Below, piece after piece: positions 1 to 11,046 of a stretch of DNA of 64,000 nucleotides. Within the stretch, counting starts at the first letter, position 1; every line of letters starts with the position of its first letter. The DNA comes from an uncultured Porticoccus sp. (GTDB lineage Bacteria; Pseudomonadota; Gammaproteobacteria; Pseudomonadales; Porticoccaceae), in assembly GCA_943846655.1 (NCBI GenBank), contig OX044352.1, positions 399,216-463,215 on the forward strand. Reading direction: 5' to 3'. Below the pieces are notes generated by a model, which saw only the letters and a list, made by a program, of their open reading frames with translations, did not search any database and was not told the origin of the DNA. The position numbers and the translations under genes were made by a program.

Positions 1-317
1 TTAGCACCTGCAGCTGCAGCAACGAAAATACTTGCAGTAGATACATTAAATATACTGGCCTCATCTCCGCCAGTACCAACTATATCAACTAAATTTTGAC
101 TATCTATTTTAAGAGTTAGCGATAACTCACGCATTATTTGAGCAGCCCCAATGATTTCATCAACTGTTTCTCCCTTAATACGTAAACCAACTAAAAAACC
201 TCCTATTTGTGCATCAGTGGCTTTACCGGACATGATTTGAGTCATTACTTTACGCATTTCATCTATTTTAAGATCATGACCAAGCAAAACTTGTTGAACT
301 GCTTTTTTTATATCCAT
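1..317 (-). CDS. trpD: Anthranilate phosphoribosyltransferase, 5' part (runs off the left edge of the window)
   Basis: Not in ORF track. Manual translation from ATG at 317: [55 protein letters not shown]...[19 protein letters not shown], the TrpD N-domain and GTGGD PRPP motif; directly downstream of trpG. Confidence 0.95.
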   Translation of the reverse strand, partial: MDIKKAVQQVLLGHDLKIDEMRKVMTQIMSGKATDAQIGGFLVGLRIKGETVDEIIGAAQIMRELSLTLKIDSQNLVDIVGTGGDEASIFNVSTASIFVAAAAGA

Positions 318-326
318 AATAGCCTT

Positions 327-905
327 TTAGTATTTTAAAAAATTTTCGAGTAAATCATGTCCTTTGACGGTAAGTATTGATTCTGGGTGAAACTGCACAC
401 CTTCTATTTCATGATCCTTATGACGGAATCCCATAATCTCATCAATTTGACCTGATGGTTTTTTTGTCCAAGCTGTCTCTCGAAGACAGCTTGGTAGGCT
501 TTCACGCTCAACAATCAAAGAGTGATACCGAGTTGCTTCAAAAGGGTTTGGGAGCCCGCTAAATACTCCCTCATTATTATGGTAAATGGGTGAAGTTTTT
601 CCATGCATGACGTTTCTAGCCCTTTTAATTTTGCCACCAAAAGCTTGAGCTATGCTTTGGTGTCCCAAGCAGATTCCTAAAATAGGAACTTTACCGGAAA
701 AATGGCCTATAGCAGAAACAGAAATTCCAGCTTCGTTTGGGGTGCAAGGTCCAGGTGATATGACGATTTTTTCAGGGCTCATACTTTCTATTTCATCGAG
801 CGATAGGTCGTCATTTCTTATAACCCGAACATCCGCCTTGAGTTCACCTAGATACTGAACTACGTTGTAGGTGAATGAATCATAATTATCTATCATTAAA
901 ATCAT
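327..905 (-). CDS. trpG: Anthranilate synthase component II (glutamine amidotransferase)
   Basis: [14 protein letters not shown] start, SPGPC, GICLGHQ, QFHPES class I GATase motifs; lies between trpE and trpD. Confidence 0.95.
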   Translation of the reverse strand: MILMIDNYDSFTYNVVQYLGELKADVRVIRNDDLSLDEIESMSPEKIVISPGPCTPNEAGISVSAIGHFSGKVPILGICLGHQSIAQAFGGKIKRARNVMHGKTSPIYHNNEGVFSGLPNPFEATRYHSLIVERESLPSCLRETAWTKKPSGQIDEIMGFRHKDHEIEGVQFHPESILTVKGHDLLENFLKY

Positions 906-917
906 AACTAAAGCACC

Positions 918-2384
918 TTAAATAACTAGATCGACAGCACGAAAAATAGCGCGTGCTTTATTAATTGTTTCCTTCCATTCTAATTCTGGGTGAGAATCAG
1001 CAACAATACCAGCTCCAGCTTGGACATAGAGCTTGCCATCCTTGATTATTGCGGTCCTAATAGCTATTGCTGTATCCATATTGCCGTTCCAAGATATATA
1101 TCCTACGGCTCCCCCATATACTCCTCTTTTAACTGGTTCAATTTCATCAATTATTTCCATAGCGCGAATTTTAGGAGCGCCACTCAAAGTCCCTGCAGGC
1201 AGGGTCGCTCGTAACACATTTATAGCAGTCGTTGTTGGTATAACCTGACCCGTTACATTGGAGGTTATATGCATTACATGGGAATAACGCTCTACCACCA
1301 TCTGATCTGTTAATTTCACTGTACCTATCTGTGAGACCTTACCTATATCATTCCGGCCCAAATCAATGAGCATCAAGTGTTCTGCGATTTCTTTAGGATC
1401 ATTTATTAATTCCTTTTCTAAAGAAAGGTCCTCTTCAGGAGTATGACCTCTGCGACGGGTACCAGCTATTGGCCTGACGGTTACCTCACCATCTTCAAGT
1501 CTTGCTAAAATTTCGGGAGATGAGCCTACTATCTGAAATGAGCTCATATCTAAAAAATACATATAGGGCGAAGGATTTAAAGAACGTAAAGCCCTATAAA
1601 GATTTAATGGTTCCGCTTTAAATTCAATTGAAAGCCTTTGTGAAGGCACCACCTGCATAACATCACCGGCTAATACATAGTTTTTGATTTTCTTAACAGC
1701 TGCAAGAAAATTATCTTTCCCAAAACTAGATATGAAATTAGACTCATTTCTTCGTTCACTACTTGAGTTCAAAGGAGGTAGATCAGGAACAGATTCTTTT
1801 AATTTACTCTCTAATTCATCTAATTTATTTTGAGACTTAACCCATGCGTCGGTATCAGAAGCTTTCTGATGAACAACAAAAATTAGCTTACCCAGCAAGT
1901 TATCAAAAACAACTACTTCATCAGAGACCATTAGCAAAATATCAGGGTTACCTAAATCATCTTTTGGTGTTGATTCGCTTAATTTTTCTTCTACATATCG
2001 TACAACATCATAACCAAAATAGCCGACTAAACCTCCCGTAAAGCGAGGTAAATTTGGCAAATCAGGTATCTGATATCTGGCTTGAAAGTTTTCAATATCT
2101 GCCAGTGGATCTTTTGTAGTTTTCGACTCAATTATTTTGTTATTTTTTTCGACTACCAATTGATTACCAAAGACTTTTAATATGGTATCTGAAGGTAATC
2201 CTATTAGTGAGTAGCGCCCCCATTTTTCACCACCTTCAACCGATTCGAATAAATACGAGTATGCACCCTTTGCCAATTTTAAATAACAGGATAGCGGTGT
2301 TTCAAGATCAGCTATAACTTCTCGTGTGACTGGAATAAGGCTATAGTTTTGGCTAGCAAGTTCAGCAAATTTTTCGGGGGTCAT
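918..2384 (-). CDS. trpE: Anthranilate synthase component I
   Basis: [59 protein letters not shown] motifs. Confidence 0.96.
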   Translation of the reverse strand: MTPEKFAELASQNYSLIPVTREVIADLETPLSCYLKLAKGAYSYLFESVEGGEKWGRYSLIGLPSDTILKVFGNQLVVEKNNKIIESKTTKDPLADIENFQARYQIPDLPNLPRFTGGLVGYFGYDVVRYVEEKLSESTPKDDLGNPDILLMVSDEVVVFDNLLGKLIFVVHQKASDTDAWVKSQNKLDELESKLKESVPDLPPLNSSSERRNESNFISSFGKDNFLAAVKKIKNYVLAGDVMQVVPSQRLSIEFKAEPLNLYRALRSLNPSPYMYFLDMSSFQIVGSSPEILARLEDGEVTVRPIAGTRRRGHTPEEDLSLEKELINDPKEIAEHLMLIDLGRNDIGKVSQIGTVKLTDQMVVERYSHVMHITSNVTGQVIPTTTAINVLRATLPAGTLSGAPKIRAMEIIDEIEPVKRGVYGGAVGYISWNGNMDTAIAIRTAIIKDGKLYVQAGAGIVADSHPELEWKETINKARAIFRAVDLVI

Positions 2385-2580
2385 AATTGCTTCCTTGAGC
2401 AGATTGATACTGTATTGTTACTATAAAAAAAATTTAAATAATGAAGCTTTAAAGCTTATAATTTTAAGTACTACCAAATAAGAAAAGAGTTATCCAGCTA
2501 AGGTGTAGTAACCACAATAAATAATTTCGAACATTTAAACTATTCTAATGGATTCAGCTGAAAGTGTGAAGTAAGGCTGA

Positions 2581-3246
2581 CTAAACCTCTAATTCACTAC
2601 GCATATTATTTATGGCAAGATGGTAATCGTCAGTTCCATATATAGCAGAACCCGCAACAAATGTGTCTGCGCCTGCGCTTGCAATCTCCCTAATGTTTTT
2701 TGAACTCACACCACCATCAATTTCGAGATGAATATTCAACCCACTTTTATCAATAATTGATCTAGCCTCTCTTAACTTTTCTAAAGTGTTTGGGATAAAT
2801 TTCTGTCCACCAAAACCAGGGTTCACGCTCATCAATAAAATAATGTCTATTTTATTTAAAAAAATTTTTACGCTATCTAGATTTGTCTCCGGATTTATTG
2901 CTAAGCCGCCTTTACAGCCACCATCTCTTATTGATTGTAATGAGCGATCAATATCGGCGGAAGCCTCTGGATGAAATGTTATCCAATCAGCTCCAGCATC
3001 TATAAAACTGCCTATTAATTGATCTACTGGTTCAACCATGAGGTGAATATCTATTGTTGCTGTTACTCCATGATCACGCAACGACTTGCAAACCATAGGG
3101 CCAATAGTGAGATTGGGAACAAAGTGGTTATCCATCACATCAAAATGTATGATATCAGCTCCCGCACTTATCACCTCGTCAACCTCTTGACCTAATTTAG
3201 AAAAGTCAGCTGAAAGTATTGATGGTGCTATAAGGAAATTTTTCAT
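2581..3246 (-). CDS. rpe: Ribulose-phosphate 3-epimerase
   Basis: [43 protein letters not shown] motifs. Confidence 0.97.
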   Translation of the reverse strand: MKNFLIAPSILSADFSKLGQEVDEVISAGADIIHFDVMDNHFVPNLTIGPMVCKSLRDHGVTATIDIHLMVEPVDQLIGSFIDAGADWITFHPEASADIDRSLQSIRDGGCKGGLAINPETNLDSVKIFLNKIDIILLMSVNPGFGGQKFIPNTLEKLREARSIIDKSGLNIHLEIDGGVSSKNIREIASAGADTFVAGSAIYGTDDYHLAINNMRSELEV

Positions 3247-3404
3247 TTATCACCTCTATATTTTTATAAAGCACTTTGTTAAAAGTTAAAAATTAATCGA
3301 GCCTTATAATAAAACTTTAACTTGCTTAATACGTCCTAAGAAGTTTCAATTGTATGTCATTATCGTAACATTTGATGCTCATTCATTTCTAACAATTACC
3401 TAAT

Positions 3405-4877
3405 ATGATGAAAAAACATAAAGATCTAAGAGATTTTATTGCATTTTTAGAAGAGCGCGGCGAATTAAAGCGCATTTCAGCTGAAATTGATCCCGTTCTT
3501 GAAATGACAGAAATCTGTGACCGCACGCTCAAGGCTAAAGGCCCAGCACTTTTATTCGAAAATCCAAAAGGATTCGATATTCCAGTACTTGGAAATCTCT
3601 TCGGTACCCCTGAGAGAGTTGCTATGGGTATGGGTAAAGAAAATCTTCATGCACTTAGAGAATTAGGTGAACTATTAGCTTTCTTAAAAGAGCCAGAACC
3701 ACCAAAAGGTATAAAAGATCTTTGGGATAATAGGGGGAAATTTAAACAGATACTGAATATGCCTGCAGACGTTATAAAAAAAGCTCCTTGTCAAGACGAA
3801 GTTATTAGTGGATTGAATGTCGACTTAGGAAAGTTGCCGATTCAGACATGCTGGCCAGGTGACGCAGGGCCACTAATTACTTGGCCACTTGTTATAACAT
3901 GTGGCCCTGAAAAGAATAGACAAAATCTTGGTATATATCGCCAACAAGTCATAGGTAAAAATAAATTAATTATGCGGTGGCTTTCTCACCGCGGCGGTGC
4001 GCTTGATTATCAAGATTGGAGTGCTGCAAACCCTGGCGAACCTTTTCCCGTAGCTGTGGTCTTAGGTGCTGACCCTGCAACTATTTTGGGGGCAGTTACG
4101 CCAGTCCCAGATACACTCTCAGAATATGCTTTTGCAGGATTATTGAGAGGAGAAAAAACTAAGGTAGTTAATTGCTTAACTAGCAAGCTTCAGGTTCCGG
4201 CTAGCGCTGAATTTGTTTTAGAAGGTTTTATATATCCAGATGACATCGCTGCAGAAGGACCCTTTGGAGATCACACTGGGTATTATAACGAAATTGAACA
4301 ATTTCCAGTATTTACTGTGGAGACTATTTCTCATAGAAAAAATCCTATTTATCATAGTACTTATACCGGTCGACCTCCAGACGAGCCAGCTATTCTTGGT
4401 GTTGCACTAAACGAGATATTTGTCCCCATACTACAAAAACAATTTCCAGAAATTATTGATTTTTATCTTCCCCCTGAGGGTTGCTCTTACCGTATGGCAG
4501 TAGTTTCGATGAAAAAAAAATATCCTGGTCACGCTAAGAGGGTGATGATGGGGGTTTGGTCTTTCTTAAGACAATTTATGTACACAAAATTTGTAATTGT
4601 AGTAGACGAAGATATCAATCCACGTGTTTGGAAAGATGTAATATGGGCAGTAACTACCCGAATGGACCCTAAAAGAGATATGGTTATAATTGATAACACT
4701 CCAATTGATTATTTAGATTTCGCATCACCAGTTTCTGGCTTGGGCTCAAAAGTAGGTTTTGACGCTACTAATAAATTTGAGGGTGAAACCAACAGGGAGT
4801 GGGGAAAAACTATTGAAATGGATAAAAAAGTCAAAGATAAAATTAATGAACTCTGGGATTCGCTAGGGATTGAATAA
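3405..4877 (+). CDS. ubiD: 3-octaprenyl-4-hydroxybenzoate decarboxylase (prFMN-dependent)
   Basis: [35 protein letters not shown] motifs; about 490 aa as in proteobacterial UbiD. Confidence 0.96.
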   Translation: MMKKHKDLRDFIAFLEERGELKRISAEIDPVLEMTEICDRTLKAKGPALLFENPKGFDIPVLGNLFGTPERVAMGMGKENLHALRELGELLAFLKEPEPPKGIKDLWDNRGKFKQILNMPADVIKKAPCQDEVISGLNVDLGKLPIQTCWPGDAGPLITWPLVITCGPEKNRQNLGIYRQQVIGKNKLIMRWLSHRGGALDYQDWSAANPGEPFPVAVVLGADPATILGAVTPVPDTLSEYAFAGLLRGEKTKVVNCLTSKLQVPASAEFVLEGFIYPDDIAAEGPFGDHTGYYNEIEQFPVFTVETISHRKNPIYHSTYTGRPPDEPAILGVALNEIFVPILQKQFPEIIDFYLPPEGCSYRMAVVSMKKKYPGHAKRVMMGVWSFLRQFMYTKFVIVVDEDINPRVWKDVIWAVTTRMDPKRDMVIIDNTPIDYLDFASPVSGLGSKVGFDATNKFEGETNREWGKTIEMDKKVKDKINELWDSLGIE

Positions 4878-4915
4878 TAATCTTCATGCAGTAATGAATT
4901 GCATTAAATTTGAAC

Positions 4916-6817
4916 TCAGCACATATCCTCCCACGGGTTGTTCTTATCAAATACTATATTCTTGTGATAACCTGGTATTTTTATATGGTCAGAGGTTATT
5001 TCAATATTTTCTTCTTCAACTAACTCTTCGCCAAATCGGTAAACTATTTTTATAGCTCCTTTATCTGCATTTTCAGCATACTTTTTTGCTTCCTGACGGG
5101 TTTTCTCTCTTAAATTTGAGTATTCCTCATACATTCGGCTATGTCTAACTTTTAACATTTTCTCTACTTCAGAGGGAGAAATAACTATAGCTGTCGCATT
5201 ATTGCCTCCAAACCCTTTTGAGTTAATGAATGCGACTTTCATTTTTCGATCTGTCAAATCCAAATCCTCTAAAGGAAACAAAAGTCTATCCTGGAAAACA
5301 TCTTCAGCTATCTTGTCTACTGTTTTGATGCCAGGCAATATATTATATTTAAATGTTCCTAAGGCAAAAGCTAATTGATCTCCACTTGCCGCTGCCAAAG
5401 AGTGGCCAACAAAAGCTTTTGCTGCTGTGACAGGCCAATCTTTAATAGCAAATGCTTTTGCTACACGATCAAAAATTCTAGATTCTGTAACTCTATTTAC
5501 TGGAGTGCTAGATCCGTGAGCATGAATAAAGCTATGTTCACATACAGCCGATTTACCAACAATTGAAACTGCCGATGCCACCGCCTTAGCAAATGATACA
5601 TAATTTCCAATGCCAGGAGCTGATATAGATCGTTTGATTCCATCAGCATTAGTATATACATCAGGAACAGCGCCATGAACGTCTGCTCCGAGATCTATAG
5701 CGAGAGCATCGTCCATAAGAATAATATATTGAGAAGCTTCACCAATTGTAAATCCACAATTTTCCCCAAAAGGCCTACTGGCATTTCGCCAGTCTGGGAT
5801 TTTTGAAGAATCAAGTTTGCATAAATTAGAGTCTGTTCCTAATGCCCCCATACTGGTAAATCCCTCCATAACTGCTGGAGTTAATCCAGCTTCAGCACTA
5901 CCTATGATTGCTACTCTTCTCCGTCCACTTTTAATATCCTGAACTGCTCCTTGTAGAACGTACAAGAAAGATGCACAGGCTCCTGTTATTGCAGCGGTAT
6001 GACCAACACTACCTACAACATAGGCATTAATAAAATCTGCTGGCATTGTATTTAAACCCATAGCATATTGTTTGGAAGTTATTCTTTCTCCCAGTAATCT
6101 TGCTTGTAAAAGTCCCCCTAGCCCTTCTTTGGAAACCTGACCCATAATACTAGTGCCGTATACTCCTACTTCATCGGGATGCACGCTGGAAGCTATTTTT
6201 TCCCAGGGAATACCGATAGAAGCTAAGGCGTCACTAGCACCTAGTAGAGCTAATTGAAGACCCCTTGGATGAAAACGAGAGTTATATTGTGCACTTGGAT
6301 CAAAACCTGTGGGAAGTTGGCCCCCAGCTTTGGCTGCCTGTTCGGTATACGTAGGAATCAAGAAATCAACTGAATTTTCAATGCCAACTTCGCAAATATC
6401 ATCATCTAAATATTTTATATCCCATTGACTTGGAATAACTGGAGGCAGGTCTCTCTTTGCGATTTTAAAAAATATATTTTTTTTATCTTTTGATTCTACT
6501 ACTACGCGCTTATGTCCATATACTTTTTTTGGATCGAACAAATTATCTTCCAAGCGTCGTATGAGAGTTCCTTTTAAAACTAAATCTTTATATTTTTTCG
6601 CTACTTGAGTCTGTGTAAGACTGTCTTCTTGATAATCTGTGTAAAATTGCTCATTCCATGACACCAATTTCATAAGGCAGGCTAAGCTAACGATTGTTTG
6701 TTCTTGTTCTTCTTGTGACAAAGACTCAAGCACCAGTCGCCGAAAGGCTTGATGTGAAGAACTTCGTCCAGCAGCATTATATCCACCAAATCCTACGATA
6801 ACCGGCAAAGCTTGCAT
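4916..6817 (-). CDS. fabY: Beta-ketoacyl synthase of the FabY (KAS I/II-fold, fatty-acid initiation) type
   Basis: 633 aa; N-terminus LPVIVGFGGYNAAGRSS and length match my recollection of P. aeruginosa FabY (PA5174); catalytic Cys (TGACAS) and two His (HAHGSST, VGHSLA) motifs; INSKGFGGNNA. Confidence 0.85.
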   Translation of the reverse strand: MQALPVIVGFGGYNAAGRSSSHQAFRRLVLESLSQEEQEQTIVSLACLMKLVSWNEQFYTDYQEDSLTQTQVAKKYKDLVLKGTLIRRLEDNLFDPKKVYGHKRVVVESKDKKNIFFKIAKRDLPPVIPSQWDIKYLDDDICEVGIENSVDFLIPTYTEQAAKAGGQLPTGFDPSAQYNSRFHPRGLQLALLGASDALASIGIPWEKIASSVHPDEVGVYGTSIMGQVSKEGLGGLLQARLLGERITSKQYAMGLNTMPADFINAYVVGSVGHTAAITGACASFLYVLQGAVQDIKSGRRRVAIIGSAEAGLTPAVMEGFTSMGALGTDSNLCKLDSSKIPDWRNASRPFGENCGFTIGEASQYIILMDDALAIDLGADVHGAVPDVYTNADGIKRSISAPGIGNYVSFAKAVASAVSIVGKSAVCEHSFIHAHGSSTPVNRVTESRIFDRVAKAFAIKDWPVTAAKAFVGHSLAAASGDQLAFALGTFKYNILPGIKTVDKIAEDVFQDRLLFPLEDLDLTDRKMKVAFINSKGFGGNNATAIVISPSEVEKMLKVRHSRMYEEYSNLREKTRQEAKKYAENADKGAIKIVYRFGEELVEEENIEITSDHIKIPGYHKNIVFDKNNPWEDMC

Positions 6818-6937
6818 TGAAGTAACGCTCTTTTTTTGAATTAATTTCGTACAGAATTGAAAATGTACACTATAAGATTAGTTTATCAGGCTATGCTTTA
6901 TTGACTTTTGTCTTTTATAGCCATATATTTGTTAATT

Positions 6938-7954
6938 ATGGACAAAAGCGATCTAAAAAAAGAACCTCCGCTACGTATAGCGACTTTACTTTACAATAAT
7001 ATCCTCGGAACTAGTGCTACACTCCCTGTAGAAATGCTACGTACTGCTGAAGCATCAGCTAGACCCAAAAATCAAAATACTAGAAAAATTGAAGCCTTTA
7101 CTCTCTCCATTGATGAAAAATTTATAACTTCTCCCTCAGGTTTTGATATTCGCCCATCAGCTGTAATAAATGAAGAACAAAATTTTGATATTATTAATTT
7201 ACCAGCGCTATGGAGGAACCCAAGACCAGCATTAGTTAAATACAAAGATTATATACCCTGGATAATTAATCAAGCTGCTAATGGAGCACTTTTTGTTGCT
7301 GTTGGTACTGGTGTCTGTTTTCTTGCCAAAGCAGGGCTACTAGATAACCAGCCAGCTACAACTCATTGGCATTATTTTGATCAGTTCCATAAAGACTTTC
7401 CAAAAGTTTCATTGAAGAGACAATATTTCATAACACAAGCTGGAAATCTTTATTGCGCTGCAAGTGTAAATGCAATGGCTGAACTAATGGTCCATCTCTC
7501 AGCAAGGCTTTATGGGAGAGATGCAGCTAAACAAGTTGAACGTAATTTCTTTCATGAAATTCGTAGTTCATTTAAACCTACTAGCTACTTCTCTGACGAA
7601 GTACAGCAACATCCAGATGAACAAGTTGTGCAAGCACAAATCTGGCTGGAGGATAACTATAGTAAGTCTATTTCAATCAATATGGTGGCAAAAAAATTTC
7701 AATTTAGCACTAGAAACTTCAATCGACGCTTTAAGGCCGCTTTGGGAGAAACACCTCTGCAATATCTACAGGCTGTACGCTTAAAAAATGCTGGAGAGTT
7801 ACTACAAAAATCGAATCTTACTATCTACGAAATTGCAGCTCATAGTGGCTACCAAGATGCTGCGTCGTTTAGTAAAATTTTTAGCAAGCATTATGCTGCT
7901 TCTCCAAGCAAATACAGAGAAACTGTACGTGCGAAACTTTTCAGCACTCATTAA
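6938..7954 (+). CDS. GlxA-family transcriptional regulator (DJ-1/PfpI-like N-domain plus AraC HTH)
   Basis: ATTHW motif of GlxA N-domains; C-terminal AraC double HTH (STRNFNRRFK...YLQAVRL...GYQDAASFSKIF). ORF track starts at TTG 6908; ATG 6938 is more plausible. Confidence 0.9.
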   Translation: MDKSDLKKEPPLRIATLLYNNILGTSATLPVEMLRTAEASARPKNQNTRKIEAFTLSIDEKFITSPSGFDIRPSAVINEEQNFDIINLPALWRNPRPALVKYKDYIPWIINQAANGALFVAVGTGVCFLAKAGLLDNQPATTHWHYFDQFHKDFPKVSLKRQYFITQAGNLYCAASVNAMAELMVHLSARLYGRDAAKQVERNFFHEIRSSFKPTSYFSDEVQQHPDEQVVQAQIWLEDNYSKSISINMVAKKFQFSTRNFNRRFKAALGETPLQYLQAVRLKNAGELLQKSNLTIYEIAAHSGYQDAASFSKIFSKHYAASPSKYRETVRAKLFSTH

Positions 7955-8015
7955 AATTAAAAAAATTTATTTTTTTACTGGGACTAAAACTAAAGTCTGG
8001 GGCTTGAGTTGAAAC

Positions 8016-9320
8016 TTATTCACCAGCTATTGGTTTTTGATTTAAAAATTTTAATCTATCCAATTCGTTACTATTATTTGAAGTTAATGAAGTTTTATCT
8101 TCGATTTCATCCATAATATCAGCTGTATTTTTTGTTCCGAAAAGTAATTGGGATGATATATCTTGAATCACATTAAGCATTTTAGTGGCTTTAGCGCTCT
8201 GTTGTTCTTGTTCTAATAAAGTATTAATCACAATATTGATTTTATTAACTAAAAGTGAAGAAGTGGCGTCGATTTTTTTAATCGTTAGGCTCGCCTCTTC
8301 AGAAACTTTTTTATCTTTAGTAATTGTATGTGCAACTTCATCTACCGAAAGGCCAAATGAATCAACTTGTTCTCGGATATTGCTGATCATTGAAGTTATA
8401 TGCTTAATAGATGTTCCAGATCGCTCCGCCAGTTTCTGTATTTCTTCTGCAATTACTGCGAAACCCTTTCCAGATTCTCCAGCTGTTGAAGCCTGGATAG
8501 CTGCATTTAAACCGAGTATATGAGCCTGATCTGCCATATCATCGAGAGAGAATGCTACACTCTCTATATCCTTAAATTTTTCACTTAGTTTCTTGATAAT
8601 TTTAGTTTTATCATTGATCTTGTTTTGAGTATTTCTCAAACCTATTACTGAGTTTTGAATAATAACATTGCTCTTTTTAGATAAAGCAGATATCTGTTGA
8701 ACGTCTATGACTGTGTTCTTTAACTCAGCAGATTGAGTTTGCATCGATGCTGCCATATCTTTCATCATTTTAATTATAATTGTTATTTCTTCTGATTGAT
8801 GTTCAGAGGACTCAGCTAATTGTGACGAAACTACCCGAGTTTCATTTACCGCTGCACTAAGAGAAGCTGATATCTCTTGGGTGATTTTATTGTGAGACAT
8901 GAGTCGACTGATAACTAAATTAATGGCTTCACTTACCTCAAAATCTTTTTTAGTATCAGCATCTCCAATATTAGTATCAGCATCTCCAATAAATGATGAC
9001 TCATCTAACAATGAAAGTATGGCCTGATGATGAATCTTTTCTATTTCTTTTCTTTTTACTGATCTCCGGTATATCTCTAATATAATTAATAGACATATCA
9101 GGCAGGTTACTATTAAGGCATAGAGAATAGGATGGGAAAATTTTTGATAATCATCCAATAATAAAACTACAGATATTGTGTTCGTTAGTTGCTCTTTCAT
9201 AAGTGGTAAAGAAAATACTACCCAGGCCATGTAGCCTAAGAAACCCAGCAAAGCTAACAAAATAAAAGTCATTATTATCAAAGTTAGGGATTTTTCGGTC
9301 TGTTGTATTGCTTTATTCAT
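8016..9320 (-). CDS. pilJ: Divergent PilJ-like methyl-accepting chemotaxis protein with almost no periplasmic sensor domain
   Basis: Two TM segments about 26 aa apart; PilJ-like segments HQAILSLLDE, QLAESSEHQSEEI, DQAHILGLNAAIQASTAGESGKGFAVIAEEIQKLAERS, MLNVIQDISSQ; divergent from gshB as pilGHIJ is in Pseudomonas. ATG 9320 has an upstream GGAG. Confidence 0.8.
   Translation of the reverse strand: MNKAIQQTEKSLTLIIMTFILLALLGFLGYMAWVVFSLPLMKEQLTNTISVVLLLDDYQKFSHPILYALIVTCLICLLIILEIYRRSVKRKEIEKIHHQAILSLLDESSFIGDADTNIGDADTKKDFEVSEAINLVISRLMSHNKITQEISASLSAAVNETRVVSSQLAESSEHQSEEITIIIKMMKDMAASMQTQSAELKNTVIDVQQISALSKKSNVIIQNSVIGLRNTQNKINDKTKIIKKLSEKFKDIESVAFSLDDMADQAHILGLNAAIQASTAGESGKGFAVIAEEIQKLAERSGTSIKHITSMISNIREQVDSFGLSVDEVAHTITKDKKVSEEASLTIKKIDATSSLLVNKINIVINTLLEQEQQSAKATKMLNVIQDISSQLLFGTKNTADIMDEIEDKTSLTSNNSNELDRLKFLNQKPIAGE
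8950..8991. repeat. Perfect 2 x 21-bp tandem duplication inside the PilJ-like gene
   Basis: TTAGTATCAGCATCTCCAATA at 8950-8970 and 8971-8991; encodes IGDADTN-IGDADTK in frame. Confidence 0.97.
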
Positions 9321-9550
9321 GCTGGCCGGTCTCCAGAGGAAAAAATCCAAATATTTTATATTATTATCTTACCTTAAATACAAATTCCAATAACTAAAAT
9401 TTTTAATTACGAGCAAATAAATAATATAAGAGTAAAAAACATAAGCAAGTTGATATAGTTTTAAAAAATAAAGAATGATTTAATGGTAATAGGTATACCT
9501 TGGATCTGAAATAACAAACTTACAGAATTTGCTAACTCAAAGGCAGGCGC

Positions 9551-10495
9551 ATGACGAAAACTATCGGTGTTGTAATGGATTCTATCGAATCAATTACCCC
9601 ATACAAAGATACCACTCTTTTATTGCTTTTAACTGCGCAAACTCGTGGCTGGAAAATTATGTATATGGAGCAAAATGACCTATACCTTAATAATAACATT
9701 CCTAGTGCGAGTATGGTGGAATTGAAGGTTCAAGATGATGAGGCGAAATGGTTTTCTAAAGGCGATATTGAATCTCAACCCTTAAGTAATCTTAATGTAA
9801 TTTTAATGAGAAAAGATCCTCCCTTTAATATCGAATATATTTACACTACTTATATACTCGAAGCTGCAGAAAAATTAGGCGTAACCGTCATAAACAAACC
9901 ACAGAGCCTTAGGGATTATAATGAAAAGATTTTTTCTACGCTATTTCCCCAATGTATACCTCCTCTTATAGTTAGTAGCCACTCAGGAAAAATAAAAAAA
10001 TTTCTTAGTACGCAAGGTGAGATAATTCTTAAGCCATTAGACGGTATGGGTGGGTCCTCTATTTTCAAAGTAGGCAACTCTGACCCAAACCTAAATGTAA
10101 TAATTGAAACACTTACCTGTAAAGGAACTAAAACTATAATGGCACAAAAATTTATCCCTGATATTATTAAAGGTGATAAACGTATACTGATGATTGGAGG
10201 CGAACCTATTCCATATTGCTTAGCAAGAATCCCCCCGAAAGGAGACATACGCGGCAACCTAGCAATAGGTGGAAAAGGTATTGTACAAGAACTAAACGAT
10301 CGTGATCTTTGGATTGCTAATCAGGTAGGTGGATTTCTAAAAGAGAAAGGGATCGCACTTGCTGGTTTGGATGTCATTGGTAGCTATTTAACTGAAATTA
10401 ATATCACCAGTCCGACTTGCGTCAGAGAAATAGAGCGCGAGAAGTCGATCGATATTGGTGGCAAATTATTTGATGTGATCGAAAGATCACTATGA
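9551..10495 (+). CDS. gshB: Glutathione synthetase
   Basis: MDSIESI..KDTT, MRKDPPF, NEK, KPLDGMGG, GDKRIL, RGNLAIGG, EINITSPT ATP-grasp motifs. Confidence 0.96.
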   Translation: MTKTIGVVMDSIESITPYKDTTLLLLLTAQTRGWKIMYMEQNDLYLNNNIPSASMVELKVQDDEAKWFSKGDIESQPLSNLNVILMRKDPPFNIEYIYTTYILEAAEKLGVTVINKPQSLRDYNEKIFSTLFPQCIPPLIVSSHSGKIKKFLSTQGEIILKPLDGMGGSSIFKVGNSDPNLNVIIETLTCKGTKTIMAQKFIPDIIKGDKRILMIGGEPIPYCLARIPPKGDIRGNLAIGGKGIVQELNDRDLWIANQVGGFLKEKGIALAGLDVIGSYLTEINITSPTCVREIEREKSIDIGGKLFDVIERSL

Positions 10496-10589
10496 TTTTT
10501 CTATGGAATCTAGAATATTTATACAGCTATAAAATTATATGGTTTAAATATGGTAGGGATAAGCGATCAGCGATAATGAAACTTGCACT

Positions 10590-11009
10590 GTGTTAGCCTT
10601 CGATTTTGGTACGCGCCAGATAGGTGTAGCTAGTGGCCAAAAATTATTAAAGACTGCTAATCCTTTAACTATACTTAAAGCAAAAGATGGTATCCCTAAT
10701 TGGAGCCAACTTCAGAAATTAATTGATGACTGGATGCCAAATCAAGTTCTTGTGGGACTGCCGCTCAATATGAACGGTAGCGAGAGTCAATTTTGTCTCA
10801 GAGCTCGAAAATTTGGTAGAAGACTGCATGGTAAGTATGGGGTGGAAGTAGCCATGGTAGATGAGAGGCTCTCCACATTTACGGCTAAAGATCAATATCA
10901 GACTAAAAATCAACGATATAAGTACAAAAAAATACTCGTAGATGATATTGCAGCTGTATTAATTTTAGAAACATGGCTGGCAGATCAGTCTGTTGGTGTA
11001 AAGCCATAA
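10590..11009 (+). CDS. yqgF: Holliday junction resolvase-like / pre-16S rRNA nuclease YqgF (RuvX)
   Basis: LAFDFGTRQIGVA, VGLPLNMNGSE, VDERLST, DDIAAVLILE; GTG start. Confidence 0.93.
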   Translation: MLAFDFGTRQIGVASGQKLLKTANPLTILKAKDGIPNWSQLQKLIDDWMPNQVLVGLPLNMNGSESQFCLRARKFGRRLHGKYGVEVAMVDERLSTFTAKDQYQTKNQRYKYKKILVDDIAAVLILETWLADQSVGVKP

Positions 11010-11046
11010 AGATTCCGAAGCGTTTAATAAAAATTAAATTTTTACT

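Noticed and set aside
2385-2580. Possible trpE attenuator leader (minus-strand TTG-started W-L-L-H-L-S-W... peptide; also ATG-started MFEIIYCGYYTLAG)
   Set aside because: Trp codons are not adjacent, there is no RBS, and I could not find terminator/antiterminator hairpins.
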